DNA from: Phycisphaerae bacterium
Lineage (GTDB): Bacteria; Planctomycetota; Phycisphaerae; UBA1845; Fen-1342
Assembly: GCA_963675745.2 (NCBI GenBank)
Contig: CAXXWX010000003.1
Span: 1 to 64,000, forward strand
DNA length: 64,000 nt
Direction: 5' to 3'
The notes below the pieces were generated by a model that was given only the letters and a program-made list of their open reading frames with translations, was not told the origin of the DNA and ran no database searches. Each line of letters opens with the position of its first letter. The stretch's first letter is position 1. A program made the position numbers and the translations under genes. Positions 55,890 through 64,000 of this stretch are shown piece by piece.

Positions 55890-55995
55890 GCGCGCCGCGC
55901 AAACCAGCGCGGGCACGATCGCGCCCGCGCGTGGGTGTCCTGTTTGCGGCTTATACAAGCTGTGAATCGGTCCGCGGTGCGGTCAGCGTCACGTG

Positions 55996-56655
55996 TCACA
56001 CGAGTGACAGCGTTTCGTCAACCAGCTTGCGAATGCCCTCGAACACTTCAGCCGGACCTTGACCGATCATGTACGCCGGCGTCGTGACGATCTTGTGCGC
56101 CTTGTCGACCACGAACTCGGTGACTGCGCAATCCTGATGCGCGCAGCCGGTTTTCGTGATCGCGCCGGCGGTCTGCGCATCGTTGCCGATCGTCACGGTG
56201 GCCGGAATACTGCGCTTGCCGGCGATGCGGGCCAGTAGCGCCGGCGCGATGCAGATCGCCGCCACGGGTTTTGCGGCCGCGAGCATATCACCAACCAGCT
56301 TCTCGACCGCGGCGTTGACGTTGCAGTCGGGGCCCTTGTCAGCGAAGTCGCAGAGATTCTTGGCAGCGCCGAAACCGCCGGGGATGATCAGCGCATCAAG
56401 CTCCGCTGCGCTGACCTCGGCGGCGTCGCGAATCTCGCCGCGCGCGATGCGCGCCGCCTCACGCAGCATGTTGCGTTTCTCGGATGTCGGCTGCCCGGTG
56501 AGATGATCAACCACGACCGACTGGTTTGCGTTGGGCGCGCAGCAGACGATCTCGGCGCCCTTCTGGTTGAGCGCCAGCAACGTCAGCACCGACTCGTGGA
56601 TCTCAGCCCCGTCATAGACGCCGCAGCCTGACAGTAACACTCCCACTCTGGGCAT
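55996..56655 (-). CDS. elbB: Glyoxalase ElbB (DJ-1/PfpI family)
   Basis: LSGCGVYDGAEIHE, EAARIARG, PGGFGAAKNL, ICIAP, TTPAYM. Confidence 0.95.
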   Translation of the reverse strand: MPRVGVLLSGCGVYDGAEIHESVLTLLALNQKGAEIVCCAPNANQSVVVDHLTGQPTSEKRNMLREAARIARGEIRDAAEVSAAELDALIIPGGFGAAKNLCDFADKGPDCNVNAAVEKLVGDMLAAAKPVAAICIAPALLARIAGKRSIPATVTIGNDAQTAGAITKTGCAHQDCAVTEFVVDKAHKIVTTPAYMIGQGPAEVFEGIRKLVDETLSLV

Positions 56656-56781
56656 GATGGTCTCCGTTTGACTTGTGAGCGACAGGCGACCGGCGCCCTC
56701 GGCTGTCGAGGATGCCGGTCGCCTGCCTGGCGGAAGCGCCTTCCGATCGGCACAACCGCCAAGTTTGCCTGCACGATTCTA

Positions 56782-58963
56782 TCAGGGCCGATACTGCGCC
56801 GGCAACTCGTCCTCGCGGCCCAGACGCTCGTACGTCTGCTGCAGAAAGCGCCTGAACTCGTCGGGTTTGAGCCACTGGGCATGGCCATCCGCAAACACGG
56901 CGGCCACGCCTTCATCCCCGCGCGGAATCTCATACATCAGCACGTTGCGCGGGTCGACGTTGGGTGACTGCCCGGTGATGTAAATGTACGCCTCCTCGCC
57001 CGGTCCGTGCCGGGGCGAGACGAGCATCTTTGGCAGGGCCAGATCCTCCTCTATCAGCACGGCCAGACTGTCGGGGAACTGCTCGTCGTGGTCATTCGAG
57101 TAGATGTAGCAACCCTGCACCAGGCCGCGCAGATTGGCCAGCGTCACCGCGCGCTTGGCCAGTTCGCGGGCGCGTACGAGTGACGGAATCAGAATCGACG
57201 TCGCCATGGCGGTCGTCGTCACACTGGTCCCTCCCGACAGCAATGGCATCACGACGCCGCGCGATTCGAACGTGATCCACTCCTCATCAGCCGACCAGCT
57301 ACTGACGCCGTCGTGTGTTTCCGCCAGGGTCTCGGGCAGTGTCGATAGCAGGCCCGGGTTCCACTCGCGCGACGGTGCAAACGACGCGGCGGCCGTCTCG
57401 AACAGCAGTTTCAACCCGTACGTTGAGCGCACCACGTACTCGTTGTCGCTGAAGTAAAAGCTCTGGGGTTGGTCTTGGCAGTTCGCGCAACGCCGCCTGT
57501 ACCGATTGCTCGTCCAGGATGCTGTCCTTCCGCAGCTTGGGATCGGCCTGTTCGAGTGCGAGTCCCACCACCTGCGGCGACAGCCCGCAGACAACACGCC
57601 CATCGACAAAACACGCCGCCGGGGATACCGGTATCGGCAGCCCCGCGATGACCAGATAGTGAATATCGTGCTTGCCTTTCTTGAGCGTCATCTGCCGCAA
57701 CTCGGCCTTGCCTTGCGCGGCCATGGGCGTAGTGATCTCAATCAGGCGATTCCAGACATTCTGCAGCGTCACCGCGTCCTGAACATCAACCACCAGGGCC
57801 ACGCCCGTGATAAGAAATCCGCCGTGGTCGGGGGCGTCATAAAGCACCCATGTGTCACCGAGGGCCGGCAAGGCATCGTCGAAAATGGAAAAGCCGAGGA
57901 TTCCCTTGGCGGCGCCCATGGCCGCCTGAAACCCGAGTTGGGCGTCCGGTGCCAACGCGTCGAGCACGCGCATGGCCTCATCGTGCAGCATCGGCCAATC
58001 CATGTTGGCCGCCACGGCCCAGTGTGCGTCACGCGGGATCAACGCGAGGTCTTCTTTCGTGAGCGGCGCGTGATCCCACAGCTTCAGGATGCCGCGCATA
58101 GGGCCGTCGAGCTTGAGCAGTGCGCATGTGGCCAATCCCAGCGAGGATTCATCGACCGCCACATAGAATGCGTCGATCGAGCTCAGCCCCGTCTCGGGCA
58201 GGACCGAGTCGAGCATTATGGCGGCTTCGGGTTCTTCGCGGGCGGCCAACTCGCGCAGTGACGACAGCACCGTGTCCATGTCGGCGTACGCACAGAACTT
58301 CGGCGCGGCGGTGGTCTTGGCCTTTTCGCGGCAGGCCTTGAACTTCTCTTGTGATGCCAGCTTTGCCCCATCGCCGAGCAGACGCGTCATTTCGTCCGCC
58401 GTATTCGCTGTGCCGAAAACGAGGTAGAAGATGTCATCGCGCGTGTTCCAGAGCACTTCCATCTTGTCGTCAACCTGGTGGGCGTGTTGGAACGTCTGCC
58501 CCTCGATGGTGTCACGCTTGACCTCAAATTCCTCCGTGCTCTCCAGGAATTCGCGGACCCGCGCGGAGAGCTTCTGTGTATCGGCCCCCGCATCGACGAT
58601 CACGGCGACGTTGAGCACCGGCGGATCGAATGCTTCGGCGGGGGGGGCCAGGCCCAGCAGGGCGACGCCGCCCGAGGCATTGCTCAACAGGGCGGCGGTC
58701 TCGAACAGCTCCTTCAACGGACCCATTTCCGCCGCGTCAGCCTCGTCACGCGCCACAAGCTGGTTAACCATGCCTTCAAAGAACCCGCGCCACTGTTTGC
58801 TCTCGTCCTTGTCGAGCACTTGTGACCAGCCGACGTATAATGGCACGTCGGCCGGCATCAGCTCAGCCGCGTCGGTCGGCTGTGCGTGGAGGTGGGTGAC
58901 GGGAGTTGCCACGCAGATAAGCGCGGCAAGGACCGGCAGAGAGCGTCGCAGTTGGATCATCAT
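56782..58963 (-). CDS. Secreted DUF3352-like protein with a C-terminal pilin-like/H-X9-DG (DUF1559-like) module; +1 frameshift near 57475
   Basis: ORFs 57299..59023 and 56782..57609 join as LRELP-DQPQSF after removing one A; C-terminal SILIPSLVRARELAKR...NLRGL...AVFADGHA. Confidence 0.75.
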
Positions 58964-59133
58964 GGTTTGCACTCCTTGCGGAACGGTTTGTGGGGACGTG
59001 TTGATTCCGAGGCTGCTGTTCATGTGTAATGAAAGTTCAGAAGGTGCTGTCGCGCTCGTTGGGGCGGCCGCTATTTAACAGTATACTCCAGATCAGTCAC
59101 AAGTGTGAATTCAATAACAGGAGTTTTCCCTTT

Positions 59134-59958
59134 ATGCACCGTTTGGGCGTCGTGTCGTTCCTGAATTCCCGCCCCCTGGTGGCGGGTTTGGCCGGCCAAG
59201 CCCGCGTGACGCTTACGTTCGACGTCCCGTCGCGACTGCCGGCGTTGCTCGATTCCGGCGCCGTAGACGTGGCTCTGCTGCCCGTCGTCGATGTCTTGCG
59301 CGCCGGCGGGAAGTACGCCGTTGTATCTGATGCGTGCATCGGCTGTGACGGCGAGACGATGACCGTACGCGTGTTTTCGCAGGTGCCCCCCGACCGCATT
59401 ACAACTTTACACGTCGATCCGGATTCGCACACATCGGTGGCGCTCGTGACGGTCTTGTGGCGCGAGCTGTATGGCCGATCGTTGACGCTCGCGCCGCTGG
59501 TGGATGCGCCGGATCGAGCGCGGTGCGAGGCCGTGCTGCTGATTGGCGACAAGGTCGTGGACCCGCAGCGCGGCAGCTTCGCGTACGAAGTGGATCTTGG
59601 CGGAGCCTGGCGGCAGCAGACGGGATTGCCGTTTGTGTTCGCGGTTTGGGCCTGCCGCCGCAGCGAGGGTGTCGGCGCGCAGCCTGACGTCGCGTCGCTC
59701 GCTGCGCTGCTCTCCGCCGCGCGCGACCGCGGTGTGGCCGAGGCGCGCGAGATTGCCGTCGAGTGCGGCCCGCGTCTGGGATGGTCGCCGGACCTGGCGG
59801 TCAGGTATCTCACGCGCTGCCTCCAATACAATCTTGACCAGCGGGCGATCGAGGGTGTCAGACGTTTCGCCGCCCTGTGCGCCCGGGCCGATCTGATTGA
59901 CCCCGGCGTGGAAATCGACTGGCCCGACGCGCTGGCGCCGCACACGCTCGGCACGTGA
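59134..59958 (+). CDS. mqnA: Chorismate dehydratase (futalosine pathway)
   Basis: LGVVSFLNSRPL, SHTSVAL, LLIGD, DLGGAW...TGLPFVFAVW. Confidence 0.92.
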   Translation: MHRLGVVSFLNSRPLVAGLAGQARVTLTFDVPSRLPALLDSGAVDVALLPVVDVLRAGGKYAVVSDACIGCDGETMTVRVFSQVPPDRITTLHVDPDSHTSVALVTVLWRELYGRSLTLAPLVDAPDRARCEAVLLIGDKVVDPQRGSFAYEVDLGGAWRQQTGLPFVFAVWACRRSEGVGAQPDVASLAALLSAARDRGVAEAREIAVECGPRLGWSPDLAVRYLTRCLQYNLDQRAIEGVRRFAALCARADLIDPGVEIDWPDALAPHTLGT

Positions 59959-61259
59959 CACCTTCACACCGCACACCGACTTGCGAGACCATGAGCGTTT
60001 CAGACCCCGCGGCTACTGCTGATCGCCTTTCCGATGCCCAGGCGCTCGAGCTCTACCATGATTGCTCGATCCATGAACTCGGGCGCAAGGCGTTTGCGCG
60101 GCTGTCCGAGCTGCACCCCGAGCCTTACCGCACTTACGTCGTCGATCGCAACATCAACTACTCCAACGTCTGCACGGCGCGTTGCACGTTCTGCAATTTC
60201 TACCGCAAACCGGGCAGCCCGGATGCGTATACGCTCACCTATGAGCAGATTGGACGCAAGATTGAAGAGCTGCTCGCGATCGGCGGCACGCAGATCCTAA
60301 TGCAGGGCGGGCTGGTCCCCGATGCTGGCCACCCCAGCGGCCAGGGCCTGCCGTTCGAGTGGTATCTCGACCTGCTGCGCCACATCAGGCGGCGCTACCC
60401 GACCATTCACATTCATGCGCTTAGTCCGCCGGAGATCTGGGCCTTTCACCGGGTGTTCGGCATGCCGCTGCGCGACGTGCTGCTGCGGCTCCAGGAAGCC
60501 GGGCTGGACACCATCCCCGGCGGCGGCGGCGAGATTCTCGTCGATCGCGTGCGCCACATAATCGGCCGCGGCAAAGCGACGACCGACGAATGGCTCGCCG
60601 TTATGCGCACGGCGCACTCGATCGGCATGAAGACAAGTTGCACGATGATGTTCGGCCACATCGAGACGGTCGCCGAGCGCATCGAGCACCTGCGCCGCCT
60701 GCGCGACCTTCAGGACGAAACCGGCGGCTTTACGGCGTTTATTCACTGGCCGTTTCAGCCGGAAGGTACGCCGCTGGGGAGGTGGAAGGGGAGAGGAAGG
60801 GAACTGGGAACGGGGAACGGGGAACAGGGTGCTGTGCCACTGCTCTTGAGCAGTGCCGAAGGCGCGGGATGCGACAATCATCCGACCGACGCGTGTGAGA
60901 ATCGGACGAGCCGGGCGCGGCGTATCCCGGATGGTGAGCACCTCTACCTCGCCGACGCGCACGAGTACTTACGTATGCTCGCGATCGCCCGGCTGTACCT
61001 CGACAACATCCCGAATATTCAATCGAGCTGGGTGACGATGGGACCGAAGATCGGCCAGCTCGCGCTGCTGTTCGGTGCCAACGACATGGGTTCGGTGATG
61101 ATGGAGGAAAACGTGGTCAGCGCCGCCGGCACAACGTACCGCCTCGACGAAGCCATGATCCGCCGCCTGATCACCGACGCCGGCTGGCAACCGCAGCAAC
61201 GCGACCAACACTACCGCCCGATCAACACCCAGCGCGGGAAACCCAGCCCCCCGGATTGA
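59955..61259 (+). CDS. mqnC: Cyclic dehypoxanthine futalosine synthase (radical SAM)
   Basis: VDRNINYSNVCTARCTFCNF, MQGG, PGGGGEIL, TMMFGH, NIQSSWVTMG, GANDMGSVMMEENVVSAAG. Confidence 0.93.
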   Translation: MTPSHRTPTCETMSVSDPAATADRLSDAQALELYHDCSIHELGRKAFARLSELHPEPYRTYVVDRNINYSNVCTARCTFCNFYRKPGSPDAYTLTYEQIGRKIEELLAIGGTQILMQGGLVPDAGHPSGQGLPFEWYLDLLRHIRRRYPTIHIHALSPPEIWAFHRVFGMPLRDVLLRLQEAGLDTIPGGGGEILVDRVRHIIGRGKATTDEWLAVMRTAHSIGMKTSCTMMFGHIETVAERIEHLRRLRDLQDETGGFTAFIHWPFQPEGTPLGRWKGRGRELGTGNGEQGAVPLLLSSAEGAGCDNHPTDACENRTSRARRIPDGEHLYLADAHEYLRMLAIARLYLDNIPNIQSSWVTMGPKIGQLALLFGANDMGSVMMEENVVSAAGTTYRLDEAMIRRLITDAGWQPQQRDQHYRPINTQRGKPSPPD

Positions 61260-61262
61260 AAC

Positions 61263-61286
61263 ATGGGACCGACCTCCGGTCGGTCA
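61263..61286. repeat. REP-like palindrome
   Basis: TGGGACCGAC-CTCCG-GTCGGTCA, also present at 32619-32641. Confidence 0.7.
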
Positions 61287-61306
61287 GCCGGTGACCGCGT
61301 ACGCTG

Positions 61307-61723
61307 TCAATGCTCTTCGCGCGCCAGGTTGCGGTTCCAGGTTGGCACAATCACGCGCAGATCCTTCTCGCCGGTCGGCACACACTGGCAGGCCAGCCGC
61401 GATTGCGCCGTCAGCCCATAGGCGTCGTCGAGCCGGTCTTCCTCGTCGTCCGTCGACTCGCCGCACGCGTCAAGTCCCTCCTTGACGATGACGTGACAGG
61501 TGCTGCACGCGCAAACTCCGCCGCAGGCGTGGTCGATCTCCACGCCGTGGCCCAGCGCGATATCTAGAATGCTGCCCGGCTGTCCGTGTGTGCCATAGGG
61601 AATCCGCGCGGGATCAACCTCGATTACGTGCTCCTGTCCTTGCTCGTCAACTATCGTGATCATGAACTTTCGCGTCGGCTTGTCGGCCTTGGCGTCCTCG
61701 ATGTAGGGATTCTGATTACCCAT
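61307..61723 (-). CDS. fdx: 2Fe-2S ferredoxin, ISC type
   Basis: HACGGVCACSTCHV...SRLACQ; NRNLAREEH. Confidence 0.93.
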   Translation of the reverse strand: MGNQNPYIEDAKADKPTRKFMITIVDEQGQEHVIEVDPARIPYGTHGQPGSILDIALGHGVEIDHACGGVCACSTCHVIVKEGLDACGESTDDEEDRLDDAYGLTAQSRLACQCVPTGEKDLRVIVPTWNRNLAREEH

Positions 61724-61785
61724 CGCGTGTTCCTCTGGCGCGCTTCACCTTGAAGCGTAGCGGCCACCGGCTAAAGCAATTCCCT

Positions 61786-63732
61786 CTAAGCCCCGGTCTG
61801 CTCGTCCTTCGACGCTAGTGCCTCGCGAATGCCCAGCTCTGCCAGCCGCAGCGTGCTCTTTCCGAATCTGTCGAGCGCCTGGTGCAGCGCATCGAGGTCA
61901 TCGGTCGTCCTGGCCAGCTCGCGCAGCTCGGCAACATCGCGCTCGATGTGTCTGCGCTCATCCGCGTCCATCAAACCGCCGACCTTGGCCAGCATCTCCT
62001 CGGTCTTATGTGTGTCAAACTCGACCTGGTTGACCAGATCGATCCGCCGGTGTGCATCGATATCATCCTGGGCAAAAGCGACGCTCTCACGCGCGATGCG
62101 GGCGACTTCGTCCGGCGTCAGCCCGTGATTGGGCATGATCTGAATGCTGGCCTGCTTCCCGCTGCGCTGTTCCTTGGCCGCCACGTTCAGAATGCCGTTG
62201 GCGTCAATCAGAAACTCGACTTCGACCTTGGGCATGCCGGCCGGCATCGGCGGAATCCCGCGCAGCTCGAATTGGCCGAGCAACCGGCAGTCTCTGGCGA
62301 GTTCGCGCTCGCCCTGCAGGACATTGATCTTGATGCCGGTCTGATTGTCCACGAATGTCGTGAACATCTCGGTCGCGCGGCACGGGATGGTCGTGTTGCG
62401 CATGATGAGCTTACCCATCGCGCCGCCCATCGTCTCGATGCCGAGCGACAGGGGGGTGACGTCGAGCAGCAGCATGTCCCATTTGCCGCCCGACAGCATC
62501 GCCGCTTGAAGCGCCGCCCCGATCGCCACGACCTGGTCTGGATCGAGCGCGGTATAGGGCTCGCGGCCGAAATACTCGCGCACACGCCGGCGCACCAACG
62601 GCAGACGCGTCGAACCGCCGACGAGCACCAGTTGTGCCAGGTCGTCGGGTTTCAGCCGCGCATCGCGCAGGGCGTGATCGATCAGTTTGATTGTGCGCGT
62701 CACCAGGTAGTCCACCAGCCCCTCGAACTCGGTGCGCGTGATTTGTCGCGTGTACAGGCGCCCATTGCCGATATCGAGTTCGAGGTCGGCGGTTTCCTGA
62801 TCGCTCAGGCGGATCTTGACCGCCTCGGCCAGCCCGCGCAGCGCCTGTCGCGTTATGGGTGATTCGATTTGGACGCCAAACTGATCCTCGATCTCGCGCG
62901 TGACCAGCTTGATGATCTCGCGGTCAAAATCGTCGCCGCCCAGGTGTGTGTCGCCCGCCGTGCTGAGCACCTGAAACACGCCGTCTTCCAAACGCAGGAT
63001 AGACACATCAAATGTGCCGCCGCCAAGATCGTAAACGGCAACGGCCTGGCCGACCGCGGTCGTGGCGACGTCGAGTTCCTGGTCCGAGCAGCGGGCCATG
63101 GGCAGGGGGCTGTGGCCGCGCGGCGGCTGTTGTTGGCGGCGGCCTGACGCCTGCTCGCGCAGCCCGATGCCATAGGCGACCGCTGCCGCCGTGGGCTCGT
63201 TGATGATGCGCACCACGTCAAGACCGGCGGCGGCGCCCGCCGCCCGCGTCGCCTGGCGCTGAGCATCGTCGAAATAGGCCGGGACCGTGATCACCGCCTT
63301 GCATACCGGACGGCCAAGCTGCTGCTCGGCGCGATCGCGCAAAGCCCGCAATATCACCGAGGAGATCTCCTCCGGGGAGAACTCGCGACCGTCGATATTC
63401 ACGACCACGGTTTGTCGTGGACCGGGTTTGACGGCGTATGTCAGAAACGGCAGCTCCCGAGCAATGTCCTCCGGCCCCTTGCCGATCAAACGCTTGATCG
63501 AATACACCGTCGCGCGGGGGTTTGCGACGGCCTGGTTCCGGGCCGGCCAGCCGATTGTCACACGCGGCTCTGCGCCGTCCGTACCGCCCACCACGCCAAT
63601 GACTGACGGGAGGCGCGCATCGCCGTCGGCGTCCGTGAGCACGCGCGGCCCGCGCTCGTCGGCGACGGCCACCAGAGAAAACGTCGTTCCGAGATCAATC
63701 CCAATGACCGGCTCTGGATCGGGCTGGCTCAT
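61786..63732 (-). CDS. hscA: Fe-S cluster chaperone HscA (Hsp70 family)
   Basis: GIDLGTT, TVPAYFDDAQRQAT, YDLGGGTFD, LLDVTPLSLG; lies between hscB and fdx. Confidence 0.9.
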   Translation of the reverse strand: MSQPDPEPVIGIDLGTTFSLVAVADERGPRVLTDADGDARLPSVIGVVGGTDGAEPRVTIGWPARNQAVANPRATVYSIKRLIGKGPEDIARELPFLTYAVKPGPRQTVVVNIDGREFSPEEISSVILRALRDRAEQQLGRPVCKAVITVPAYFDDAQRQATRAAGAAAGLDVVRIINEPTAAAVAYGIGLREQASGRRQQQPPRGHSPLPMARCSDQELDVATTAVGQAVAVYDLGGGTFDVSILRLEDGVFQVLSTAGDTHLGGDDFDREIIKLVTREIEDQFGVQIESPITRQALRGLAEAVKIRLSDQETADLELDIGNGRLYTRQITRTEFEGLVDYLVTRTIKLIDHALRDARLKPDDLAQLVLVGGSTRLPLVRRRVREYFGREPYTALDPDQVVAIGAALQAAMLSGGKWDMLLLDVTPLSLGIETMGGAMGKLIMRNTTIPCRATEMFTTFVDNQTGIKINVLQGERELARDCRLLGQFELRGIPPMPAGMPKVEVEFLIDANGILNVAAKEQRSGKQASIQIMPNHGLTPDEVARIARESVAFAQDDIDAHRRIDLVNQVEFDTHKTEEMLAKVGGLMDADERRHIERDVAELRELARTTDDLDALHQALDRFGKSTLRLAELGIREALASKDEQTGA

Positions 63733-64000
63733 GATTCCTCAAGATCGGCGAGCAGTTTCTGGTAGTAGCTGATGGCGTTCAGCACGGCGCGCAGCGTCGT
63801 ACGCGTCTGTTCGTCACCCGGTAGCGTCCGGGCGAGCTCGGCAATCCGCTGCAACGTGTCGTCATAGCGTTGCTGAACCCGCCCGCGGCATGCGTCGATT
63901 GTCGCCCGATCATCTGACTCACGCGCCTCCTCGAGCTCTTCACGCAACGTGAGCATGTCCGCCAGTACATCGTTCGGCACGCTCTTGTCATCGGCCGAGC
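63729..64000 (-). CDS. hscB: Co-chaperone HscB, C-terminal part (runs off the window)
   Basis: DKSVPNDVLADMLTLREELEE...LNAISYYQKL; ATGA overlap with hscA. Confidence 0.75.
   Translation of the reverse strand, partial: SADDKSVPNDVLADMLTLREELEEARESDDRATIDACRGRVQQRYDDTLQRIAELARTLPGDEQTRTTLRAVLNAISYYQKLLADLEES

Noticed and set aside
55250..55995. Integrative element at tRNA-Thr
   Set aside because: No integrase and no convincing duplication of the tRNA 3' end; a ~10-bp match near 35690 lies inside the ABC ATPase gene and is chance.
55157..55999. 280-aa minus-strand ORF
   Set aside because: It overlaps the tRNA antisense and is Arg-rich with no protein-like character.
61786..63732. dnaK
   Set aside because: The hscB-hscA-fdx context and the FDDAQRQAT variant favour HscA.

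Overview
GC-rich bacterial chromosomal window, most likely Planctomycetota, class Phycisphaerae. This is inferred from the DUF1559-type prepilins, C-terminal dockerin/EF-hand-like tails, a PEP-CTERM protein and TTQP linkers. Contents from left to right: (1) the end of a contractile-injection (T6SS/eCIS-like) cassette, with a frameshifted HExxH metalloprotease and a PAAR protein; (2) a probable alpha-glucan/secreted-protein region with a GH13, a VKOR-DsbA fusion, a DUF1559 prepilin, two paralogous surface proteins with different anchors, and a secreted deiminase; (3) the most notable system, a 9.2-kb divergent six-gene cluster encoding about 32 heme-binding motifs, with two proteins carrying a Geobacter OmcE-like (cytochrome nanowire) tetraheme module, two NHL beta-propellers (one fused to 8 hemes), a beta-barrel and an octaheme lipoprotein; (4) an RHS remnant, an ABC exporter and a 490-bp inverted heptamer-repeat array; (5) housekeeping genes (FadF-like oxidoreductase, M20 amidohydrolase, nrdJ with an NrdR box, glycosyltransferases, ROK kinase, tRNA-Thr, elbB, mqnA/mqnC, fdx-hscA-hscB). 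REP/REPIN palindromes and two copies of a REPIN-carrying MITE are also present. Several genes carry +1 indels that look like sequencing errors. All family assignments come from motifs recognised by eye; no database searches were run.
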